Origin: Moniliella sp. 'wahieum'
Lineage: Eukaryota
NCBI GenBank assembly: GCA_003971905.1
Contig: RSEE01000058.1
Span: 62,001 to 126,000 of the forward strand
Length of the DNA: 64,000 nucleotides
Direction: 5' to 3'
In this document: piece by piece, positions 47,609 through 59,093 of the stretch
How the letters are laid out: each line of letters begins with the position of its first letter
How positions within the stretch are numbered: the first letter of the stretch is position 1
Made by a program: the position numbers and the translations under genes
The notes under the pieces: model-generated
The model's database searches: none
The model's input: the letters and a program-made list of their open reading frames with translations, nothing else
Told to the model about the DNA's origin: nothing

Positions 47609-50600
47609 ATGACACCATCACGTGAGTATACTCCTACACCTCAGCCCACCCCCGTGGGCACCGACAACACCGCGAACGAGGTCGCCACCCTCGCCGACCG
47701 CATTCGCGACATGTTCAAATTGTTTCCCGACACGTCACCCTCAAACAGCTACAGGATACTGGTAGCAACCTTGGGTACAGCGACAAGACGACCACAGAAG
47801 CCATTGTCATGTTATCATGTGAGAATCCACCCAAGACTAGCAAGAACGAAGGTGCCATATCGTCAACTCCGGCCATCGACGACAACCCGTGGGCCTTGAC
47901 TCCCGACAAGCTCCTCCGCAGTGCCACTCGCACCAACGTGCCGCACGAGCGTTTCCACAACAACAGCTCGTTTTGGTTGTGGACCCGGATCTTTCTCCCT
48001 CGTATCCAGATTATCCTGGAGCGCGTGAGCATCGGAACAGGGCAAGGCCCTGGACGGGTATAACGCATTACTGGACGCTCATTAGCCAACATTCTACTCC
48101 CGTGGATAGACTCCGACGTCGTCCAGCAGATCACCGGCGATGGCACGCCGGCTCTAGGGTCTGCATACTATCATGCTCTGCGTGATTTGTACGGCACCGT
48201 TTCAGACACTGAGGTCTGTAATATCCTCATAAAGATTCTCACCCTCAAAAGGGCACCAAGTCGGGCCGCCAATACCTGAATGAGTTCACTGTGGCGGTAA
48301 ACCAGTAAGAGATGACGTCCAAGTCCAAGCTGGACGAGATTGTCTAGCAAAGATGCTACGGAACGGCGTCATGATCAGGGGTGGTTGCACCTCCATCGTA
48401 ACAGCAGCTACGCCGAATTGCGCCGAGCAGTGAGCGAACTCGAAGGCTCCACTACGGTAGTACCTCCAGTTCAAGCCCAATTCCTTCCAGTACGACCCCT
48501 TCGGAAGCCACGTCGCACAGCCAAACAAACAGTACGGCTAAAGGCAGCGGACAAGGCCGAGGTGGCAGCGGATACAGAGGAGTCACCGTGGGGCCAAACG
48601 TGGCGGCCATGTTGGCCGGCGGCTACGACAGCCCAGACCACCTCATGTGCCATGCAGTAACCCTATGGCGCTCACTATACACCACCCGAGTCAGCTACAT
48701 CGACTGAAACGGAGTCTGTCGGTCCACAAACCCCTCCTCACCCCTACTCGGACAGCGCGGGAGGCCTTCCTCCAGCCAATCTCCCTGCGCAACACGATTC
48801 AGGTGCGAGACCATCGTATTCAATGAACGAAGTGCGTTATCAATCTTCGTCCCCACCGCGAGCCCATAGCAGTGGCAAACGGACAGATCGCCATACACTG
48901 AAGGCATTGGCACCATCTCTATGTACATTCAAACCCAGAACGGAGCCCCTATCCGCATCCACCTACCCGGCAGCTTGTACTGCCCCACCTTCCCGACCAA
49001 CCTGCTCAGCGCTTACCATCTATCTGTCGCAGGCATTGGCAGCTGGATCCTCCAGGTGGCCATGGTCTCTCGGACGACACGGCGAACCTTTTCGTCTCGC
49101 CGCCGACTCAAGCTATTCCCTTACTCTGGCGCCCAATACGACAGCCACAGCCAACAGCGCCACTTCGCTACTCAACCTTGATGCAACCCTGGTCAAGGTG
49201 AAAAACGCCCACATCCGATGGAATCATGCACCCCTAGATCAACTTTCATCCCTCACGTCGGACGACCCAGCATTCGAACGGGTCAACAGTGGCGACATCG
49301 CTTTAGTCCGGTCCTCGTGGCACTGTGCACCATGCGCATTAAGCAGAGCCACTGCCCCACCCCACGCCGCGACTGGACGCCCAATCCGATCCATTCGCCC
49401 TTTCTCTCTCCTCCACCTCGACGTCCTTGACATATCCCGCCAAGGCGGCGGGGGTCATACTTACGCCCTTATCATTGTCGACGACTTTACGCGGTATACC
49501 TGGACGCTACCCCTGGTGTCCAAGGGTGATGCCACAGCCGAACTTCAAGCCTTCATCCGGCGCGAGCATCGCCAACATCCCGACCGCCCCCTTCAAGCGG
49601 TCCGCTCTGACAATGCGCCTGAACTCACCACCGCAATGGACGAGTTTTACTGCGAACTGGGAGTAGTGAGCGAGCGCACCAATCCTGGCGAAAGTGCGTC
49701 CAATGGGGTCGCCGAACGCGCCATAAGATCGATTACGGATCGCGCTCGACTCATGGTAGTCGCAAACCGATTGATTCCCGACGAGTGGTGGGAACACAGC
49801 TTATTGGCAGCCACGTATGCACACAACCAGTCGCCGCCGAAGGCACTGGGTGGAGACAGCCGATTTGTCCGGTACCATGGCTTCAAACCCTCCCTTCGCA
49901 TGCGCGGTTTTGGCACCCTTGCTTACCTGCACCTACCGCCCAACCAACGCGAGGGCGGCAAACTTGGTCCGCGGGCGGTCCCAGCTATGTTGGTGGGTTA
50001 CGGGCACGGCCGCGGGTCGAAGGGGTGGCTCTTTGCCATCCACCAGGATGACGGCCAAGTTGGATTCCGTTGGAAAAAGCCGTCCACCTGGACACATGTC
50101 CCGTACACCACCGAGTATCCCACGCACTTCCATCTGGACCCCCTTGTTCCTTCTGGTGGCGGAGATGTGCGGGGGGCGGAGAGATGGGTGCTGGTGGGAA
50201 GTCAGGCAGCTCCCCCCCCGGCGTGTGCGTTTTGCGATAGATGAACTGACCCGCGATACTAATGGTAAGAAAGAAATGCCCCCATGGAAAAGAAAATTAA
50301 AAGAACGAAAAACAGAGGCACATCGCCCGGCTCAAGCCAACGAAAATGAGAATTCAGAGCCTGGCCCCACTCCCACCAACTCCAACCCCCCACATGTACC
50401 CCCCAACCTGTTGCATCTGACCCCGCAGGCATGGCACAACGCCAGGCAAAGCAAGCCGAAGAAAATGAAACTATCACAGAAGATGCCGTTGACACTGGCC
50501 ACCAAGTCCTGCCTCCCCTCCCTCTTCCGCTCCACTTCCCCTCCCTCCCCCCTCATCCCCTCCTCTCCCCCACCGACACGCTCGCCCCCGTGACCGTGCC

Positions 50601-52479
50601 CCTGACCGATACAGCGTCCCCGCACTCGTGCGTCGCAATCCCGTTCGCCAAGCGCGTATCAACGCTCCACCCCTCGACCTGTCCATTCCAGCCAACGACA
50701 ATTGCGCGATGGCACTTTTCCCTGCTCGTCAACAAGGCCCCTAGCATCTTTGGCAACCCGGCCGCTCTCCGCCCTAGGAATGCAGGCTTTGGTGAGTATT
50801 TTCGGACCACCGCGCCGGACACTCCATGCCCGCTTCGGAGCCAAGCACCCCCCATCGCACTCGCAATCGAATCCGCGGCAAGTGACACCGAGGTCATACT
50901 GACCACCGATGGGGTCCCGGTGGCCCCCAAGAACATCAAGAAGTTGGTGGGTCACCCTGCCTTTGATGGCGTACTCGAGGCAATGCGCCTCGAGCTTCGG
51001 CGTTTTGACGAGCGTGACGTGAAGGAAGTTGTACCCATCCCCCCAGGGATCAAACCCCTTCCCGGCATGTGGGTCTAGGTACTAAGACGGATGCGGATGC
51101 TAACTTCCTCAAGTACCGTGCCCGCTACGTTGTGGGAGGGCACCGGCAAGTTCCTGGCACATGGGCGAAATCTTTTGCTCCTGCCGTTCGTACTGCTGCC
51201 GTCAACACGCTAATTGCGTTGGCCGAAGCTGATGGCCTCCACTTATTTCTGCCGATGTGGAAGCTGCCTACCTCTATGCCGATATCAACGAGCTCGTCTA
51301 TGTTCGACCACCCCCCTTCTTCCCAGAAGCGCCCGGTCATTGCTGGAGACTCAAGAAAAGTCTCTATGGCCTGCACCAGAGCGGGGCCAACTTTGGAGAT
51401 TGGCTCCGCACTTTCCTTTGCGACCGACTCCACTTCACTAGCCTAAAATCAGAGCCTTGCCTGTTCATACGTCGCACCGAACCTCTTGGCCTGATCCTAA
51501 TCGCCGTCCACACTGACGACTTTTTGGTCGCGTGTCGGTCCCAAGAAGCGTATGATGAATTCTTAGTGGAATTAAGGCGCAGCATCCAAATTAAGTCCAA
51601 CGGCCCCTACGTTTCCATCTCGGCTGCCAATACGACCGTATCGATGGACGACTGTACATCAGCCAACCCAAATTCATCGCTGAGACGCTTGCCGCGCATG
51701 ACATATCACCTCACCGGCCCCGCTACCTTCCAATCGGCCACCAACTTCCGCCTCCCAAGCGACCCGAACACGAAAAGCGTGCCACTCGAGACGAGCACCG
51801 TGCCTACCGTTCTATTGTCGGATCCAGCTTGTGGGCGGCTCGTATGTCCCGGCCTGATGCCCTCTTTGCGGCTACCTTTTAGCGCGGTTTATGGACGACC
51901 CGTCCGCCGCCCACCGACGCGCAGCGGAGGACCTATTACGTTTCTTCGCCGGTACGTCTGACTACTCTTTGTGCCTCACACCCAACGATCTCGCCCTCTA
52001 CTCGAGCTGCACACCGATGCCTCCTTTGCATCAGACAAGAGCAACTCTCACTCCGTTTCGGGCCATGTTGTTTTTGTTTTCGGTGTGCCTGTATCCTGGG
52101 GCTCCAAGTCCCAAATCAAGGTGTGAGCAACACAGCAGCATCTGAATACCTAGCCATGGGAGATGGCCTTCGAGATGCTCTATTCATTCGCAACATACTG
52201 TTTGAACTTGGTGTCTGCAAGGCTAATCACCCGATTGAGCTCTTTGTTGACAACACCGCTGCCAAAGCGTTGGCCGAAAAGCTCGGCAGCCTAGGCAAAA
52301 TACGGGAGATTGACGTCTCGTACCACGAGGTGCGGGAACGCATCCACCGAGGCGAAATTAAAGTCCACTACACTCCAGGTGCACACCATCTCCCTGACTG
52401 GTTCACCAAACCTCTTTCTCTTCCCAAGATCATTTCTGCGCGTAACAATTTCGATTTGGCTTCTCTTTCTTCGCGCTGA
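47609..52479 (+). CDS. Copia gag-pol polyprotein, frameshifted in this assembly
   Basis: IN: HIRWNH...CAPC, LLHLDV, IVDDFTRYTW, VRSDNAPE, SNGVAERA. RT: KYRARYV, AYLYADI-E-VYV, LKKSLYGLHQSG, VHTDD. RH: ASEYLAM, VDNTAA, PDWFTKPL. Confidence 0.93.
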
Positions 52480-52544
52480 TCCCCTTTCTACTTTTCTTTT
52501 GTTGATGGCCAACGGGCTTCTTTCGTTCCCTTGGCCCGGGGGGG

Positions 52545-52757
52545 TGTTGGGACCCGTGGTCCCGTACTTAGGCCAAGGGCCTCATCACCCTTCACCCCTG
52601 ATTTGTCCTCCGAAGCCTCCACGTGTATACTCAGGCTTGTTGAACCCCTGTCTCTAGGTGTGGCACAAGGCTTAGACCTAACCACCACCATCGCGATTGC
52701 ATTGCTCTACATTCCAGAGGTTCTTCACCCAATCCCTTGGGTTCCTCCGGTCTTACA
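52545..52757 (+). repeat. 3' LTR of the copia element (213 bp)
   Basis: Direct repeat of 47207-47420. Confidence 0.97.
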
Positions 52758-53583
52758 AGCAATTCGATACAGATCGATGATCATCAATCTCGATGCATGT
52801 CTGCCCCATGGAAACCACGTACACCCCGTACTTAATCACTTTAATGCTCGCTCTCTTCTTTTTACGTGTTGCTGCGTTCTGAACGACGCACTAACCATGT
52901 TCAAAACGCCTTGCGCTTAACCCCGCCTTCGGCGCAGTCCAGCAAAAGGCAAGCAATTGCCCCCAGCTTGGCCCACGCCCACGCCAGCGCCTGCGCCTCA
53001 GCGCCAACAGCATCACCGCGGGCGTCGCTCGTCGTTTTTAAGAGAGAGGAGCCCATATACGCAGTACGGATGGGCATATCAAGCCCGTGTGACGGGTGGC
53101 GCTGTCGGTCAGAGAGTGTGCCAGCAACGCCACCAACGCCACCAACGTTAGCAACGTTAGCAACGCCCCTGCGTGCGTTGGCAGCACAGGCACAGCGTAG
53201 CGCCCCCCAGGCAGCACGACGCAGCCGCACGCAGCCCCCAACGCACTCCGTTCCCAGCCCAGGCAAGGAAAGCACGCCTGTGCGAGTGGAACGAGGCGCC
53301 GTCTGCTGCTGTCTGCTGCCACGCTGGGCAGCTCTGCCACCGCGCATCCTGCACCCTGCATCATGCACATGCATCATCGATCGTTGTTCACGCATCACAC
53401 ATCATGCGTCACTGCATCACTGGTCACCGGTCACTAGCTTCACTAGCATTACTAGATCACGAAGTCACCAGCTAGTCACTAGCACTAGTCACTAGCACTA
53501 GTCACGGGTCCCTAGTCCCAGGCTCTGTCCCAATCGCTAAGCCTAGGCCCTCGTTGCTCGTCACGTGTCGCATGTCATGCATG

Positions 53584-53642
53584 TCATGCATCATGTATCA
53601 TGCATCATGCATCATGCATCATGCATCGTGTATCATGCATCA
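53584..53642. repeat. Heptamer tandem repeat (TCATGCA)~8
   Basis: Eight units in register, two of them carrying substitutions. It is the longest of the palindromic heptamer arrays. Confidence 0.92.
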
Positions 53643-54021
53643 CAACACCCGCCGCTCCGGCCGAAGACAGACTGACCCTCTGCCACGGCCTGCAACGGGA
53701 GCCACGCATGTCAATATTCATTTTGAACTCGCAGCACCACTGTGCCCAGGCCAGCGCGACATACACCCTGGTCGCGCATGGAGCCCCCATCGGCCATTGC
53801 CTTCTGACAAACCGACATGGGCGCTTGGCCACAGCCACCTGCCCACCCTCTCCGCCTTCTCCATCCTCTCCACCCATCCGCCTTCTCCATCCTCTCCACC
53901 CATCCGCCTTCTCCATCCGCTCCAGCCTCTGTGCCCTCATCCTCTTCATCCTCTTCATCCTCTTCATCCTCTCCACCGGCACCCTCTCCCGTACCACGCC
54001 AGCCTCTCTGCCCTGCCCCCC

Positions 54022-55823
54022 ATGCGTCCCGTCGCAAGGCTACCCAAGCCGCCTGCCAGCGTGCCCAGCAGCTCCAGCAGCTCCCACCGCACCGCCGGCG
54101 CCCCCGCCACGTCCCCTGCGCTCGCCGGCACCTACGACCCCACGCTACAAGACCGTTATGACCACCCCATCCCCCTGTTCCCGCCGTCGCCCCCTCCTTT
54201 CTGGGCTACTGCAGCACAGGCGACAAGCCTTGCTATCCCTCCGCACGCTCTCCCCCATCCGCGCCACCCTGCTCGGCTCGAGCGCCCCCAAGACCTGGCA
54301 TCCCTCGAGGCGCAGCGGCTCGACTCGTATGCCCAATTCAAACACTTTCTCGGTCTTGAAAAGGACGCGGACTTGCCCCCCGTATGCTCCCCAAGCGCTC
54401 TCGTGAACGGGATGGTTGCGTTACCGGCCCAGGTCAAGGCCCCGTCCCAGGCTTCGGGCTTGGTATTTCCACCTTCTGGCGTCTCTCCGCGTTCAAGTCT
54501 GCCTGACGGGGCCCCGGCGCATCCAAACGCCAATCCACAAACTTCTGTCCCACCTGCTTCACTCAGTCTCGATCGTCTGACATTCAGCTTCGATCCCTCG
54601 GGCGCCGACTTGGCCCCTGTTGTTCTGGCTGGTAGCCAACCCGTGTTTACCACCCAAGCGCTCCCCCTGGTCACAGCGCCACCGCCCCCCTGCCTTCCAG
54701 CGCAAGACTGCAAAAGTGCCGAAGGGGCTTTTCGGCCCGGACGCGATGAGCGCTCCGTTTCTCACATGCCGGTTGGCAAATCGACTGGCTCGCGCCGCTC
54801 GCATCCATACCGCTTGGATACCAAGAACCACCGCCGCAGCCCCTCGAACGTTTCAGACCGGTCTGATTTGAGTCCAAAGGCATCTCCCCTTGGCGGGAAG
54901 GCGGCTACGCTTCCCGTACTTGCTCCGCATTCACCCATAAGCACAACCTCAGGCTCAGAGCAGTCCCGAGCCGAAAGTGCACTTGACTCACCGGCAAGCC
55001 AGACGCCCAGCGTCTTATCTCCTCCGCAGTCGGCCGGTGAAGCATCTACGGACCGCCGCCTCTCGCACCTGTCCACCTCGGATACCGGATTGGCAGAATT
55101 GGGGTTGTCTAACAAGCCGATCCATAACCTCCAAGTGACCACGGCCAAGACCAAGGCTGCCTCGGTGTCGCGTCGAAAAGCAGCGGCTCCCTTCAAGTGT
55201 CCTGTTCCTGGCTGTGAGAGCTCGTTTACGCGGGCTCTCAACTTGCGTGGTCATCTCCGCTCCCACACGGACGAACGTCCATACTCATGCCGATACTGCG
55301 AGCGGTCCTTTGCCCGTGCTCACGATAAGCGACGGCATGAGAAGTTGGTGCGTTTCCCCTTGTGTCTTGTTTTTCCTCAGCCAAACTGACATCCTCCCGG
55401 AAGCATTTGAATATCCGTCCTCATACCTGTGAAAGTTGCGGCAAGATGTTTGCGCGTGTAGATGCCCTGAACCGCCACCACCGCCAAGAAGGGGAGGTGT
55501 GCGTTCCTCGGTCCGAGAGCGGTACTTCCCCAATGCCTACAGGACCGACTCCCATGGCCCCTTCGCCCGTGGGTCAGATCTTGACCCCTACCCTACCCTA
55601 TCCCCCACCACAACTGTCCTATGCCTCATTCGGCTCTGCATCATCAGCAAGCAGCCCTCTGGCACCGCCCACTATGCCAACGACGGAGCTGCTCGTGCCG
55701 CACCTTCCCACGTTGGCCGACTGTAACCCCGCCGGACCGCCTATGGCCTACGTTCCTCTTGTGCCCGATGGACTTTCGGACCAAGCGATCTGGGCCCCGC
55801 GCTTTGCTGGCCACGTGTTGTGA
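54022..55823 (+). CDS. C2H2 zinc-finger transcription factor (three fingers; Crz1/Ace2-Swi5-like)
   Basis: FKCPVPGCESSFTRALNLRGHLRSHTDERPYSCRYCERSFARAHDKRRHEKL|HLNIRPHTCESCGKMFARVDALNRHH, with intron 55348-55403 (GTGCGT...CTGAC...AAG) and a long S/P-rich N-terminus. The start ATG is assumed. Confidence 0.9.
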
Positions 55824-58800
55824 TGACAAACTGCTTACTGGTCCTTTTCCTTTCCCTTTTCCTTTTCCGTTTCCTTTTCCTTGTTCCTCTGTCGCACCCC
55901 AGTTACCTATTGGCTTGCCCTGATATATGATCACCCTATATATTTCTGTCCTCCCCTCCTCGCTCGCCCCTCAAACCACTCCCCTGCGTGCTGGCCTTCG
56001 GCTTGCGGCTTTGTCTTCATTCCCTTGGAGATGCCGCCTTACTGTCCTAGCTGCCCCCTCCCTTCTACCTCTTTCGGCTCCTACAACTCAGTTTCGACGT
56101 TGGCAGGGCGAGGGGAGAACTCTATGAGAACTCAAGGCAAGGGGGGGCGGGGGAGCTGAATACTTCTGTTGCTGTTTGGGGGGCCAACGGCCACCAGCGC
56201 ACGTTCACACGTTCACACGCGAAAGCGCATCTAAACATTACTTCTACGCTCTCGCGCTCATCATGATGGCCTGCGTGTGGGTGTTGCTGTTATCAGGTAC
56301 TGGTATAGGGAGCGTGCCGAGACCACATACTCGTACGGCCATGCCGATGCTCATGAACGATTGACTGCATGGCTGGCCGTCGACGTCTCAGCTGAGACGC
56401 TGAGGCTGAGTGCTCCTGACACATAGCTTGCTCACTGTGGGGTTTCTGCGGAGGCATGTGGGACAAAGTGAGGCCTGAGGGCCTGGGGAAGCGCTAAGCT
56501 GAGCTCGCGTCGTCCCCGCCGTCCCCACGCTGGCTAGTTGACTAGGACTAGTCGAGAGACTACGCTTGCGCAGGTCGGTCGGGGCTAGGGGGTGGCTGAA
56601 AGCTTAATACCCAGGCTCAAACTACAGCTGGCTAGCAGCGTGCACCATGCGGTTGTTGGCGAGTGTTGCGGTGGGTGCACTTTGATCGATCATCGATCCA
56701 TGCTCGGTGACCGGTGACCGGTGACCCCGTGGGGGCTAGGCACTAGGGGGGGGGTGGGGCGGTCCCATACATGCCCCCGCGAAGCCCGGTACAACTGACT
56801 AGTGGCTAGGATATAGTGCGTATGACATCACAGTGAAGCTTGAAGCTGGAGGTCACGCTCACGACTTCTCAAGTGCCCTTGTTCCCAGGCGCAGCCTTGC
56901 GGGCATCTCGAGATTCCCATCTACTCTACCAGATCCATTGTCCGCCCGCGCTCCCCAGTTCGACATTTGAGTTTTGGACGTTAGACTGACCAACCCTCGG
57001 CCTCATTAATCATTTCGGCCCCCGCGCGATGGGGGGCATCGATGACGATGACTATAGCGAGGCGGAAAGAGACGCAGCTGTATGTGGACACGGATGCATT
57101 TCGGTGCTGCTGTGGCTCTCGCGGGGGGCCGGTGAGTTCACCTGCTTGTGGAATATGGAATGCTTGTGCGTGGAGGCCGGAGGGGACGCGTGTTGCATGT
57201 TGTCGCACGTCGTACGGGTAATGTATGTATCGGATGCATGACTCAATGATGAACAATTCGCAGGAAAGCGTTTTTGGTTAGAGCTTTTTTATTCGTCGGT
57301 CTCGGAGTCTGCCGACCCGGCCGCGCCGACCAGCAACTGCCGAACGCAGCGGAGCATCGGCCGAAAGAATCCTCAAGACACCCCCCACACTAGGGCCGTA
57401 TACTAGGCGGGGAGACGCTGCTCCACCTACATAGCCTTGTTCCAAAAGGTAGTCTCGTGTCTCTTTCAATGTCTCAGGCATCGATCATCCCATCATCGAT
57501 CCCTCTCCCCGTCGGGTCCCGAGGGACTATAGGGAGCACCATCCCCGCCTTGCATCTTCCTCTCTCCCCTTTCTCCTCCGTCGCTTCGGTCGTGTCGGCC
57601 ATTGCATGAAACCTATGTATAGTAGCCCTCCGATTCCGGAGGCGACGATCGATGATCGGTGAAATACCAGCGTCTTGTGGGTGTGTGTGTTGGTCAAAAC
57701 GGTAGGGATTTTTTACACAACACAACACTATTATATACGGTGTTGGGGAACTTGATTGGCTGTGGCTAGATATAGCTGACTATAGTGAGTGGCGCATACA
57801 GATGCATACCACGTGCTTTTTTGTTTGTACCAGGAGAACCCCATTGTTTACCAACGGTAACTTCTCCAGAACAAAAAGATCAAGCGCCTAAAAAAGTCAC
57901 GAAAAGTGAAGAGCGGACGCCAGTCTCCGTCGACCCAACTCGTAGCATACTCAGTGGGGAAGATGGTCGGATGACCGCGCGACAGTACTCAGTACTCAGT
58001 GTTAATAGACGCTGTTCTATCTTCCTCCCAGGTTCAAGCTTCAAGCTTCAAGCTTCACTAGCACGATTCGAACACCGAACCATCTCTACTCCATACAGAA
58101 ATTCAAAACGGGGTGTGCACCACTCTTTACATCAGCATCGCGTAAGCCACCGGGAGCGCAGCCAGCCACGCCAGCCAGCGCGTATCGGTGATATTGTTTT
58201 CCAGCGTGGATGGGTTCCAGCGTGGAATGGTGGCTACGGTGGCTACGGTGGCTAAGGTGGCGACGCAGCACCAAGCTGGGGCGAAGCCCCAGCCGACCGG
58301 GCCGTAGGCCCGGTGGTCCTCCTCGTTGAATTTATCGGACAACCTACTTTTGTGAGCTGAAGCTCTGAAGTCCCCTATAGCCAACAGGCCTTTTCAGTTG
58401 CCGAGGCACGAGCAGAAAAAGTTATGTAGTAGTTTTCCCTCTGCCCCTTAGCGTCGCGTCAGACCTCATCGATGGCCGATCATTTATGGTCACACGCGTC
58501 ACATAACGCCGTTGAGCTCTGTCTGTGCCTTTGTGTTTCACCCCATTCTTGCTGCCGGTAAGACTGGTGTACGTTGCGAAGACTTACTCATAAACGACCT
58601 GCAGCGTACTAAGGAGATCCCGAGAGACGCAAAGAAGATGAGACAACGGGGGATCCTCGATCCGAGGACTATAATAAGTAGGCGAGACGAGGAAGAAATA
58701 TTTGTTTTTTTTGTGTGGTTTCTGCCGATGCCCGTTTGCTCCTCCGGCCACAGGCCACCTCAGGCCGGCCTTAGGCTTGAAGTGGTAAAAGCTTAAGAAG

Positions 58801-59093
58801 AAAGACTACACTGTATGCATGTGCTATCCAGGGGACTGGCACCTAAGGCCTAACATCGCGTTGTTATTATATGCTGAAACCATAACTACCTGCAAAAAGC
58901 CAATATCCAACCGCAAGGGTCAAGTAGAAACGAAAATGAGGTGTCGCTGCTCTGAGTAGGAACGGTAAAAGGGCACAACAACAATTTTGAGCCCACCACA
59001 GCCGCATCATATCATACCAAGGATGTGGGCTTTGAGAAAAAAAAAAAAAAAGTGTAGGTGACGGAGCCTTCCCTTCAAGCTGCGTCAGCTTGT

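Larger units (their letters stand above)
47207..52757 (+). mobile_element. Full-length Ty1/copia LTR retrotransposon
   Basis: TG...CA LTRs at 47207-47420 and 52545-52757. TSD AGCAA at 47202-47206 and 52758-52762. A G-run PPT precedes the 3' LTR. Domain order is gag-PR-IN-RT-RH. Confidence 0.97.

Noticed and set aside
51505..51525. HTDD instead of YxDD in the copia RT as a sign of inactivation
   Set aside because: Both catalytic aspartates are present, and H-x-DD variants occur in fungal copia elements.
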